A stretch of DNA of 62,506 nucleotides, counting the filler, from Nemertoderma westbladi (Eukaryota; Animalia; Xenacoelomorpha): assembly GCA_032718475.1 (NCBI GenBank). It is 4 parts of 4 records of this genome, joined end to end, with 100 filler letters (N's around TTAATTAATTAA, not from the genome) between each part and the next. Parts side by side here need not be neighbours in the genome. Positions count along the whole stretch, not along the records: positions 1 to 25,118 come from JAUCBJ010005689.1; 3 more parts are not named here. One strand, given 5' to 3'. The notes beneath the pieces were generated by a model. It worked only from the letters and a program-made list of their open reading frames with translations. It did not search any database and had not been told where the DNA came from. This document shows positions 11,920-23,157 of the stretch, piece after piece (the stretch's first letter is position 1; every line of letters begins with the position of its first letter). A program made the position numbers and the translations under genes.

Positions 11920-13014
11920 TCACCGCCGTTTACTTTTATTCCCTTCCTCGGCGTCCCCCGTCGGCGGACTGTTTAGTTTCCGTTTACTTCTCCGCGGCGA
12001 CGCTGCTATCTCATCCTCTTTATCTGCTCCGGTTTCCTCTACCGGGGCCTCTAAGTCTTTCTCGACGAGAGCAGTCTGCGGTTCCTCAGTTGCCGTGGCG
12101 ACCGTATCCACGGGCGGTTGCTCGCCGGATAAAACAATCCCGTTGCTCTTCAGCAGCTCCTCCAGTCTCTGTATGTAGCACCTGTCCGTCTGAGCGACAC
12201 CTCTCGCCTCCTTCAGCTCGTCCTGCAGTCCAACTATAGTCGCCTGCAATGCGTTCACTTCCTCGTCCAACTCAACTATAAACTCATTTAGCTCGTCCTG
12301 ACTACCTTTCAGCTGTTCGCTGTACTTCTTCTGCAGGGCCAACTCGGCCTCTAGTTGGGCCACTCGACCGGAGGAGATCTGCGTGCCAAGGTCCTGGTTC
12401 TCCTGGATGAGTTGTCGACACTTGGACATGAGTTTGCGGCCGGTGTTGGTGTCCGGGGTGAACTTGTAGGAGACTAACTCGTTCTGGATTTGGTCCAACT
12501 TCTCTTTGTTGACTGTGAGCTCTTTCCGCATGCGAGAGAACAGGAGGTTTACCGCGGGGTCCAAGAGAACGTTGGAGAGCTGCACAGGTGGCGGCACAAC
12601 GAGGGTGGACGTTAGCGGGCGGAGGGGGGTCACCACCGTAGGTTCTACAGGCTGGGCCGCAGCTCGCGGTGGATCGCAGAGACTCAACACCGGTTCGTTC
12701 GCTACAACCGAACCCACAGCTAACGCCGGGTGCGGGGTAAACCTGCTGTTTTCAGTACCGGTACGGCTGTTATCACCTATCTCGATATGTTCCCTATCAT
12801 TATTTAATCTAATTTCAGAGGATTGATGACCATCTGCGGGACTTAACGACTCAGTGAGAACGCCACTACAATCCTCATCATTGTCACCGGTTGTTCCGGC
12901 ATCTTCTTTGTTATCTTCCGTAACTGCGCTGTTTTGACTTATGTTCCATTTTCTACCTCCGGCACCACGGAATTCCTCTGCTGCAGTCAATCTCCTGCCA
13001 CCGTGGTCATTCAT
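11920..13014 (-). CDS. WTAP: WTAP / female-lethal(2)d homolog (m6A writer complex regulator), intronless; first in-frame ATG at 13014
   Basis: LLDPAVNLLFSRM...KFTPDTNTGRKLMSKCRQLIQENQDLG...GRVAQLEAELALQKKYSEQLK...ELDEEV closely matches the WTAP core. Confidence 0.93.
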   Translation of the reverse strand: MNDHGGRRLTAAEEFRGAGGRKWNISQNSAVTEDNKEDAGTTGDNDEDCSGVLTESLSPADGHQSSEIRLNNDREHIEIGDNSRTGTENSRFTPHPALAVGSVVANEPVLSLCDPPRAAAQPVEPTVVTPLRPLTSTLVVPPPVQLSNVLLDPAVNLLFSRMRKELTVNKEKLDQIQNELVSYKFTPDTNTGRKLMSKCRQLIQENQDLGTQISSGRVAQLEAELALQKKYSEQLKGSQDELNEFIVELDEEVNALQATIVGLQDELKEARGVAQTDRCYIQRLEELLKSNGIVLSGEQPPVDTVATATEEPQTALVEKDLEAPVEETGADKEDEIAASPRRSKRKLNSPPTGDAEEGNKSKRR

Positions 13015-13789
13015 TTCGATACCGAGGGAACACCTTACTGCCTTATGTAGTTCTGAGCCACACCGTGTGCGTGCTGATTGAGGCAGGAGCACTGGTCAGC
13101 TGGTTGTGGTTTGGTTGCTGGTCACAGAGCAGCCGAGTAGCCCACTACAGTAAACCTACTGTGTGACTGTGTGTATTCAATGACAGAGACAGTGCTGCAG
13201 TCGCAGTGTACAGTTCACAAGGGGAGTCCCCAGCGTTTAACTCATCAAAATCATAATCTGCAGTGTACTGACTGGGACTGGAACTGTGTGCACTAGATTC
13301 GAATATCACCAAGTGCATTCGCACTCCTGATGTACTGTAGTTTTTTTTAGACTGCTTAGTCTAGCGCTTTTTTTTTAATGACAAACTAGACAAAGATATA
13401 AAAAGACACATAAAAGTTATAAAAAAAAGAAATACCTCACCCACCACCGCAGGCTACTGTACAATGTTGCTTCGCTTAGATCTTAGAATATAATATTGTT
13501 AATTGTAGTGCTGTAGTCCTGTAGTAGAGCTAAAAGTTCTTGATCATTGGAAATTTCTTACAACAGATGCATCCGATTTGATTTCTCAAACTTTAATGAA
13601 CTCAATATAATATGCTTGAAATGTAACCGGGCTTGTAATGTAATTGGTCATATAATTATTTGATACCTTCTCAAACTCAATTCATTCTACTAATGCTCGT
13701 AGGGCGCAGGCGACACGAAAGAGAAAGGCAGCTGCATTTCCACCCCATTAGGACTTTAGGACCCCATTAGGCGCATTCCATAGGACCGT

Positions 13790-13960
13790 TTCAGTCTGAC
13801 TTAGATATACTGTAGACCTGGAGCACCATGTGGCAGACTACAGTATTCAACAGCAAGAAGTGCAAAATAATGCACCTATAGGATTCAGTAACCCCGATCC
13901 CGGTATTCAGTACACTCTCGTTATTGGAAACGGTTCATTCGAGAAGGATCTCGGTGTGAC
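13790..13960 (+). pseudogene. Short CR1/L2-type RT remnant
   Basis: Fragmentary FQSDLD...WQ...FNSKKCKIMHL...EKDLGV motifs across frameshifts. Confidence 0.6.
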
Positions 13961-14046
13961 GTTCCACTATTTTATATTTGGGTTGCAATTTATAGCTTTC
14001 TTCTCGTAATTTATATTAGTTTATTATCTGCATTGAACTGCTTGAT

Positions 14047-14087
14047 CGCACTGATGATGGTTATTTGATATAATCGAAACGTTTGCT
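14047..14087 (+). ncRNA. Minimal type I hammerhead ribozyme motif (Penelope/retrozyme-like)
   Basis: gca-CTGATGA-t-ggttat(ttgat)ataatc-GAAAC-gtt-tgc: both conserved boxes, 6-bp stem II, palindromic AAACGTTT stem III, short gca/tgc stem I. Confidence 0.65.
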
Positions 14088-15428
14088 TTTTGGTAATATT
14101 TTACTATGAAATTCAGGACACTTAGCGCTGGTTTTTCTTTTCATTATTTCTCTTCGCTTTCTCGCCTCGAAATCTACTAACTAACGATATCGAAAGGGTT
14201 CAGTTTAAATTCTTAAAAAACTTCCTTTGTGCCCGTAAGTCAACTATGCTTTGTCTTTTGTTTATGGTGAGTCGGGGGTTTTTCCACTGCGGTTGACAGG
14301 AAATTTCCAATAATTAAATATTGGCCTCGTCTGTTGGATTTACCTGAGGCTGAGAGTCGTCTTATGTAAGCGGGCCTACCTGATGTCAATGAGTGGCATT
14401 AATGCAGTGCTGTGTCTACCAATTACAGTATGTCAAATTATTTATATTATTTATATTATATTTATTTTATGTCAAATTATTTATATTATATTTATTTATG
14501 TCAATTTTTTTATGTATTTGACTGTTTGAGCGACGGTTTGCAATTTTGGGTTGCTATAGCTTCTGTACCTTTGCCTTCCTTCCCATCCCACAAGTTTGCT
14601 CGCCTGTAGCTTTAATGATCCAGAACAAATTTTGTTTATGCTGTTATGTTGTTTGTGTTTAATTCTAATTTTCGGTCTAATTTATATATCTTCATTATTT
14701 ATGTAATTTTTGGAACTTCCTGCAGTCCTGGGGCCATCACGTTGAGAATACTGTTACTGTATCGTTCAGTCGTGTATGTATAGGCCTAAACTGGTACTAT
14801 GGTATACTCTGTGATGAATTGCAGAATTGTGGATTGGATTGTAATTTTTACAGTGTGGTATAAACCAGTGTAAACTAATACAGTACCTACCGGTACCGGC
14901 GGTAATAGCCTTAACTGTCCGATTTTTTTTAATAAATTGCAATTGCTACTATTTTACTTGTGTTACTTTGTACAGCATTGCCTGTTGTTAGCTATTTTCA
15001 GTGTTATTTCAGTACTTATTTAGGCCTAAATAGGCCTATATAATACCACCGATATTATACCAGTATACCGGCGTGTCCCTGTGTCCGTGAGTTTTTAGGA
15101 ATTGAAATTGAAATATTATATAGGCCTAGTCGCTAGTCCTAGTATATAGGCCTAGTCAGACATTACCGGTATCGAATCAAAACATTTCATAATTACAAAT
15201 TAATTGCAGTACCTACCGGTACCTGCCTACTGGTCGCGGTTGAACGGTTATGCCTTATTTTCATCGCTGTTCGCGCTTATAGCAGTACAGCAGTAGGCCT
15301 ATAGCAGTACTGCAGTAAGTATAGGCTTAATAAGGTACTAATTTGACTACCGGTACGCGTACGACTGTACTTAATTTAATTCTGTAATTAAGTATTTGCT
15401 TGAATGGTGTTAATAATATAATTTGGCT

Positions 15429-15995
15429 ATGTCTATTGAACGCGGTGTTTGTAAGAAATTTAACGATGAGAAAGGGTTCGGTTTTATAGCCCCAGACGAT
15501 GGCGGGGATGATTTGTTTGTACACCAAACCCAAATCCATGCGAAAGGTTACCGGACGTTGGGCGAAGGGGAGAAGGTTGAGTTCGTACGGGCTAACGACG
15601 ACCGTAACGGAAAGGTGAAGGCGACGAAAGTTACTGGTCCCAATGGTGCCTACGTCCAGGGCTGTTCCAACGACGATGGGGGTGGTAGGGGTGGACGATC
15701 GGGTGGTGGCTACGGAGGTGGGGGGTACGGTGGTGGAAATTACGGGGGTGGGGGTTATGGGGGTGGCCCTGGCGGCGGCGGGTACGGGGGCTACTCTTCT
15801 GGCGGGGGTGCGTATGCGGGTGGAGGAGGGTACGGGGGTGGGGGAGGGTATGGGGGTGGGGGAGGGTATGGAGGCGGGGGTTACGGTGGAGGGGGGTATG
15901 GGTCGGGAGGTTACGGGGGAGGTGGTTATGATGGGGGGAGGGGTGGTGGGGGTTACGGGGGTGGGAATTACGGGGGCGGTGGGGGCTATTACTAG
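15429..15995 (+). CDS. Cold-shock-domain RNA-binding protein with (GGGY)n low-complexity tail, intronless
   Basis: RNP1 KGFGFI, RNP2-like LFVHQ, VTGPNG end of CSD; ~110 aa Gly/Tyr repeats; first ATG at 15429. Confidence 0.92.
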   Translation: MSIERGVCKKFNDEKGFGFIAPDDGGDDLFVHQTQIHAKGYRTLGEGEKVEFVRANDDRNGKVKATKVTGPNGAYVQGCSNDDGGGRGGRSGGGYGGGGYGGGNYGGGGYGGGPGGGGYGGYSSGGGAYAGGGGYGGGGGYGGGGGYGGGGYGGGGYGSGGYGGGGYDGGRGGGGYGGGNYGGGGGYY

Positions 15996-17974
15996 CGGTT
16001 GTCGAGTTGCCTGATGTAACAAACGTACAGTGACGGACTGATGATACATTATGTCAACTTCCCAGGGCTCCGCCAAAACTTAACGTGTCGCCATCATTAT
16101 CGGATTGTATATACATACAGACAGACACCTTCTAATAATATATACACTGTTAATTAATAACGAAAATTTAAACAATTATTTTTCATCTGTTATAAATGTA
16201 AAGAAATTATTCACTGTGACTCAAACACGAAGATTGCTGTATCTTGTATAATTTTTATTTATCCAGGAATTATAATAATATGTGATGCAATTCGGTGCAT
16301 CATTGTATTATGCGCTGTGTGTGTATTATGTAATGTTTAATGCAAATTATTTTGTAGATTGATTTAATTGTCAATTATGCTACCATTAATTGACAACAAG
16401 TGCTACTGATCGGTTGTTTTGTAATTTGTTCCAGGACTATGGTTAAGGTCGGGACGTAATGGAATGCGGATAGTTGCTGTGTGCGACTATTTGTATCTCC
16501 TACCTGCTGTGAAATTATTTTGCGTTCATTTCTTATGTTACTGTATTGCATGTTTGCTGTCTATTAATTATTGTCAGTTTAATTGATAATATTAATAGTA
16601 GTCTATGTAGCCAGATTTGAGTCTCTACCATTTTATATTGACGGTAAATTATTTTTTTATGGAGTCAGTAGCCTTGTGTTTAACATTTGAGATGAATTGA
16701 ATATTAACAGTAACTTACAACTTGTCAATCAATCTTACCTTTACCTACATAGTGCAATGAGTTTTCAAGTGCGGTGCAGTGTCATCTATATTAATTGTAA
16801 TCTTGAGAATATGACGTGTTTGAGGTGTTGGCGGTATTATGTGCGCAATTATATTATGCGTTCGTTTTCTATCATCGTGCATTTATAAATGTGAAATACC
16901 ACCATTTAATAATACAAAAATATTACATATTGTAGTCATTTATTTGTTAGGGGGGGGGGGGGGGGGGGGTGGTTGCGGCAGACTTCTCAGCGGTTCCTTT
17001 TCCCCTTTTTCCCCGGTTTTATTATCCTCTTACTCCTGTATACGGGGTATCACATCCATAATTACCGGTATCAAACTTCACAAGACCTCTATTTAGACTA
17101 TTTGGGAGGTAATCCATAACATTGCTGAACATTGTGGGTAGAAAGCCTTTTTCTCCTTTATTGCTATTAGCACTTTTTGGGAATTATTGGATTCATTCAT
17201 AACCTTGTTTTATGTTTATTCATTTTGGTTTCCTTGTCCCCTTGTTTTTATCACTTGAGGTTCATTTATTCCTCTTTCCTCTAGAATTTTTGGGGTCCTA
17301 TTTTATTAAATTTGATTGGCTTGTTGCGGTGGGGTCAGACCGCATGTGTTTTTGGGCAGTTTGTTTTAAAGCGGTTTCAATTGTAAAATTTTATGATGAT
17401 TCCGATTCCGAATAAATTTTTCGATACGTTGTTTCGTTCTCGAGTTATGTAAATATTTGTAATTTTCACCCAAAACTTTAAAGTTCGTACTATCTACTTT
17501 TTTGACTAATCAACCGATTTTCGTTTACATAATATCTAGAGAAATATTCCGCGCAAAAATTGAAGGCAACAGAATAAACCATAATCACAATACCGAGGTG
17601 GGACATAAATAATATATGACCTACACTTTAATCCCTCTTCCGTATTCTCACTAAAAGTACTAAGAACCCATAGAAGGCCTACCCACAGAATCAAAATGGC
17701 TTCTACCATGGTTGTTTATGATTGATGTCTAACATACGTCGCAAGATTTATTTTCATTATTACTATCGACTCACTTTTGCTGCCAATAATCTTGGGCGGC
17801 ACTTCCCAAACTGTCTAAAAATCTGGAACTCACCGCCTGTCAGTACATGTGCCATTCACACAAATTCACCAAAGAGTAAACCTATTTTTAACGCCTCGTC
17901 AATTCGTAGGCCTCTGTCATGGTTAATTGGTGATGCGCCCTGGGACGGGGGGGGGGGGCTAATAATAACCGGAA

Positions 17975-18305
17975 TGTCGACAAAATTACGCCGCCACAAC
18001 TCCCTAGCTCCCATGGGCTGTCCACCATGCTTATTCGCTCCATGAGGCCGCCAAAGCACTAGATTGTGCACTGGCTGGTCCTCACGGCGAAAGCAATCTC
18101 ATGCAAACCAGAGGTGGCTCCGTTTAACTGTCAAGCTTTGGGGGACTAATGAAACACCTATGTTGTATAGAGTCTCATTGGAGATATTTTCATTGTCACA
18201 GTAAACCCAACGTACAGTTACAGTACATTAGCATTCTTGTATATGTGCCATCCACAGATTTGTTGCCTTCAGCAGTTAGAGCCAAGCATGGACTCACTTA
18301 TAAAT
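17975..18305 (-). pseudogene. Degenerate RTE-type non-LTR 3' fragment, same family as 32725-33345
   Basis: HNLVLWRPHGANKHGGQPM...ELWRRNFVD nearly matches the copy at 33100-33290, with an internal deletion. Confidence 0.8.
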
Positions 18306-18969
18306 AAGAGTACGTGTGTCTAATAATGGGGGCTATCTCATGTTTGTAGCTGTGTGGTAGTAGAGGGCAATATTATATAGATAGAACAAGTCCAGTACGG
18401 TCGGTTCATTTGAAATTAAGATTTATTTCTTAATATAATCTAACATTAGGTTGTTTGCTTCTAATTCCTAGTTGCCCGAATTATCAATCGCTTGACAATT
18501 TTTGGATAATTGTTGTCGTAGCGAAATGTATTTTTTTCATCATAAAAAATTGATGGTATATCATTACAATAATTTCAAATTTCAATGATCGCATAACAAC
18601 TGAAGAGAGTTGTTTCCGATTACTCAACTAATTTCAAGGGGGAAGTTACAGTACAATACGGTATTTTACAATAGAAGACACGTTATAGACGACAAATCGG
18701 AAAAACCTAAAACGCCAATGTCGCCAAACTGTAGCAACACATCATACTGGCACAGCAAGAAAGATGATTATTGATAACTTATGATACGCATACCATTCAG
18801 TTGATCAGACCACGTTTGTATGAATTTGAACTCTAAACATCGTCAATATACAGTAATACTGTAATGCAGTAATGAACACTGGTATTGATTGCTAGAGTAT
18901 GCCGAATGCAGTACGTAGACGTACACACCCAGTTACGTTACTCAGTCAGCTGTTGGTTGTTATTCAGCC

Positions 18970-19995
18970 ATGAATATCTCCAAGATAGGTAGTAGTAGTA
19001 GTGACAACAACGTGAGGGTGAGGGATGTAGTTATTAACGACGATAATAATTCCACTGATATTCGTTGTGTTGTTAAATGTTGGGAGGATCTAGCGTCGTC
19101 TTCCGATGAGTCTCATTCGGATGACATCTTCTACGATGCCCTTAGTAGTCCTACGGATGAGTTTTATGACACTGGAACTTATGAGGACGAGATTAGCCCT
19201 CCAGTAACTCCACGATCAGATTGCCCTTCCAGTGTATGGCCTGTAGATCTTTGGTACCTCGTTTCGGATTACATATCCCCGGAGGACGTCTTGACATTCT
19301 CGCTTATCTGCTACGCGACCTTCGTCGTCACTACTTCCGTTCGCTTCTGGAAGGGATTATACGCTCGGACACACGGGAACAGCGCGCTGCTGAAACGCAG
19401 CGTGTGCCAGGGATTGTTCGACACATGGCTACCCGAGAACGTTTTGTACATGCGGCATGGGCTGCGGGCTAGGGTTGTGTGTGCGCTGTGCTACATACAC
19501 CCGCCGCTACGCGTCACAGAAAGTGTAACAAAGCAACGCCAACAAGCATACGATTTAGTCGGCTTGCAGTGCACTTTAGTATCTCAGTCAGACTTCGGGG
19601 TTGGTCGAAGCAAGAAGTGGATCCTCCACTTTGTATTTACTGTTAAGGATTCTCCTAAAATATCTTCCCTAGATGCCGTAGACAGCGATATCTGGTACAA
19701 TCCTTGGTGCGACCGAGTTATCCTAAAGGTAACTGCCTACCAATGCATGGCCAACTATTCCTCGGTATTCGGGCTGTATCTCGCCGACGTACGGTTCAGC
19801 GTTGGTTTAGATTACCGACGAGATAAACTCACTCTGGTTTGGGTCCCATCCAGACCCGTCGGGGACTGCTCCCGACGCACCGGTCGAACTGTCACGACTA
19901 TTGAGTCGACGGTAAGAGTCAGAGTTTTACACTGGTGGAATAACGAGTTCCCCAGACGTGTCGCCGCCGTGACTAACGATGACGAATCGTGGTAG
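18970..19995 (+). CDS. TMEM183: TMEM183-like F-box-motif protein, intronless
   Basis: PVDLWYLVSDYISPEDVLTFSLIC...FWKGLY, GLRARVVCAL, DIWYNP and VRVLHWWNNEFP match the TMEM183 pattern. Confidence 0.85.
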   Translation: MNISKIGSSSSDNNVRVRDVVINDDNNSTDIRCVVKCWEDLASSSDESHSDDIFYDALSSPTDEFYDTGTYEDEISPPVTPRSDCPSSVWPVDLWYLVSDYISPEDVLTFSLICYATFVVTTSVRFWKGLYARTHGNSALLKRSVCQGLFDTWLPENVLYMRHGLRARVVCALCYIHPPLRVTESVTKQRQQAYDLVGLQCTLVSQSDFGVGRSKKWILHFVFTVKDSPKISSLDAVDSDIWYNPWCDRVILKVTAYQCMANYSSVFGLYLADVRFSVGLDYRRDKLTLVWVPSRPVGDCSRRTGRTVTTIESTVRVRVLHWWNNEFPRRVAAVTNDDESW

Positions 19996-20254
19996 GCTTG
20001 GTGTATTTATTGGCTCAATTTAATTCAATAACCCATAATTCAATAGAACCCAGTGTCCGTTGTTAAATCTAACAAATAGTGGCCCAGCCCTCGAAGGAAT
20101 TGAATTTGTAACAGTTTTATTTACTTATAAATGTAACATTCATGTTGAAGCACATAATATTATATTTGTAAATGTTAATGTTTTTTCGTTGCAGTTTCTC
20201 GGCTATCGGCGATGTTTTCTGTGTTTTACTTTTGTTTAAAAAATATTATCCTAA

Positions 20255-20440
20255 AGGCCAGTTCACACTTGGCGACTTGTTCAGCAACAACTAGCAGTTT
20301 CATTTTGAGCAACTTAACTTGTTCGCAGTTTAATCGTTTACAGCCACTTCGTGTTTACACGTGGCGACTTGATCGGCTGCATGAGTTGCTCGCCAAGTTA
20401 ATGACAGATGCTCAAATAGTTGCCACGTGTAAACCGGCCT
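20255..20440. mobile_element. PIF/Harbinger-type MITE
   Basis: TIRs aggccagttcacacttggcgact / agttgccacgtgtaaaccggcct, flanked by TAA on both sides (20252-54, 20441-43). Confidence 0.85.
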
Positions 20441-21789
20441 TAAGGTAATTAATTCGTTTATTGTATGATCTATTTGTTAGTATAATAGGGTTAGTGAATT
20501 TTATTCTGGCTAAAATATCGGAAAATTTGTTCTCAGTAAATCTCGGTTCTCTACAAAATAATTCGCCTTTGAAATTTGTCGTAATTATTATGTAATGAAA
20601 CTGTAATAAAAAATACCAGTGGGAGACTCGCAACTGTTAAACCCTCGAGACGACGAGGAAGGTGTTCTTGGAGGTTTGGTTATTTCAGGAGGATAAAAGA
20701 AGCCACATAAATAACTTTATTGCCCTTCGATGTGTGTATATTTAATCTCACTAGCTGACGCTCAGTCAGCAGATTCTCAGGAAATAATGCGCTTTTTTCT
20801 TTCAATGTAATAAATTGTTATTTATTTAACCCTTATAAAGTGTAGCTTTACTTTACGGGAAAACAAAAAGCCTTGCTTACTTTATATTTTTATGGCGTAT
20901 GTGCGGACTTTATAGATACGAAATTTAATTTCAAAGTTACTGTATAATATTTATTTCCAACGAAACATTTGAATAAATTATATATTAGGTTAATAATAAA
21001 ATAAATAGTTTCAGAATTTGTCCTTTCTGTTGATTATATTTGTGCTTGTGTTAATTGAATTTCATATTTTAATTTTATAAGCAAATAGGTTGGTGAAAAT
21101 ATATAATCATTAAATAAATTGTTTTGTTATTAATTGTTTCGGTTATTTTTTACCCAAATTATTGCACAAAATTGTAAAAAGTAATTATATTGTATGTATA
21201 TTATATTGTAATTGTAATTGTAATAAGTATTAAAACACCGTTTCGGTATTGTTTCGCTGTAACCCCAAGACAGGTTAGGTAGGTTTGATTATTCCTCAAA
21301 CACTACCGCTGTCGTTCTATATAGTAGAGGATGCGTGAGAAGGAGAGTGGGTATCAGAAAGGAAGGAGATGTCGGAGGGACAAGTAAAACCACATCGTGT
21401 TCCTTATCTGGCTACCGTGAAACCGTAGAATGGTGGTTCGAGCCCTGGTGATGGATGGCCTTACATATTGTTAACCTACTGAACACGTCACCATACCTAG
21501 ACTTCATGTAATTGTAAATAAAGTAAGTACATTATTGTGAGTACAAAGGAGCAAATTTGAATTTACCTCCCTTTTATAAAGGCTCTAGTTTGATTCATTC
21601 ATTGATTGCCTACGCAAAAGATAACCTACGCGAAACTGCATTCCATCGCCTACGCGGAAAAGACAAACCATCTGCTGCGCTCTACAGCTCTAGTTGCCTA
21701 GCAACCAATACCACACTATCTGCCATCAAAGCATCTGATACTTATGTACTGCAGTTGTAGTATAGAGTGCAGTAACGGTAATTTGGACG

Positions 21790-23015
21790 GTTCATTCCTG
21801 TTTGGGGGCCTCCATCCTACTGTCCTACACCATGTCCTGGAATATAGTGTCGTTATTCAGGTACCCCCTCCCCCCCCCCCCCCCCCCCCCAAATTGTTCT
21901 ACAAATCAATGAGATTGGATGAAATTTGAAACAGATCAGTTTCACCTCCCTCCTCCGCTGGGTGAGCCAGAATTTTTATTTTTGCTTTCAATCTTTAGCT
22001 ACAAGTGTTTGAAAAATGTGTCTCCGGCGATTTTTCACAGGTCACAGTGCAATCATTCTTCAACCTTATAGTGATTTGATGGTACCAATAGAAAGCTGCC
22101 CATGCAATGATTCAAAATATGTAAAAACATTTGAATTTGGTTGGGAAATAGCTGAGATATGGGCATTCGAATATTGCATGTATTTGCTTCCCCCGCAGGC
22201 CATAATAAATACACAATGTTAATAGAACATTTTGTTTATTCCATACGTAGCTGGGCAACAATGCAATACCTCTTTAATTATACTATTACGTAGGTATTCA
22301 TAAATAAACAAAACTTTCTAGAATATGGTATTTTTATTTAATAGAATAAAATAGCCTTATGAATGTGAGGCGTATATTATCCACATGGATAGTGGATAGT
22401 GATGGTGAAACTCGCACAAAGTACAATCATTATTGATTATTAATGATGATACATGGCGATGGATATGGCGCCTGAACTGCTTACACAATAGTGTTTGGTG
22501 GCGCAGGTTCGAATCCGACTAAAGGCTGTAGAAATTTCGCACTGTTGTGTCCCTAGGCAAGACACTTTAGACATTAGTGCCTACGTCAACCCAGCGGTAT
22601 AATGGGAACCTGGCTTTGCTGGGGTAATGATAATAAAAGCGCTTTGAGTATGCTGAGCGTAGAAAAGCGCTATATAAATAACCAATATTATTATTATTAT
22701 TACATATATAGCCTTATACAGGTTAATATCAAGCCTTATAGCCTGATACATATATAGCCTTATATGAGCCATAAAATAGCCTTATGCAGATGCAAAACCA
22801 TGCAACTTTTGAACGCTCATATCTCAGCTATTTTTCAACGAAATCTAGCTTATGTTACATATTTGGAATCCTTACACGGCCAGCTTTCTAAGTGGTTTCC
22901 TCTAGGAAGCGGTAAATTGACCAAAAATACAAAAATTGTATAAGTGGTTTGCCACGGGAACTGGTAAAAAAATGGCATTGAAAAATTCAAAATGTAGGCC
23001 CCCAAACAGGAACGT
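21790..23015. mobile_element. Foldback-type non-autonomous element with nested insertions
   Basis: ttcctgtttgggggcct (~21796) is inverted at ~22996-23012; 22080-22180 is inverted at 22799-22900. Contains a CORE-SINE and one end of the MITE family seen at 51925. Confidence 0.65.
22495..22701 (+). mobile_element. CORE-SINE with L2-type 3' tail
   Basis: B-box ggttcgaatcc; CORE-like tgtgtccctaggcaagacactt; tail aagcgctttgag...aagcgctatataaat plus (ATT)n. Confidence 0.75.
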
Positions 23016-23157
23016 CCCCCGTACTCTGGTACTGGATCTGGGTTCTTTCCACCATCCCCTGAACCCATCAGTCAGATGACTCCCGTACGCGTACATCCGT
23101 AACTACTGAACTACAGTAATAATACCTGAATACGTGTCTGCCGTTAAATTATCAATT

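Noticed and set aside
15327-16076. 249-aa Pro/Thr-rich antisense ORF
   Set aside because: Shadow of the GGN-rich glycine repeats of the CSD gene.
21258-21545. Possible solo LTR (TGT...ACA with TATA and AATAAA)
   Set aside because: No target-site duplication and no second copy in the window; cannot be supported.
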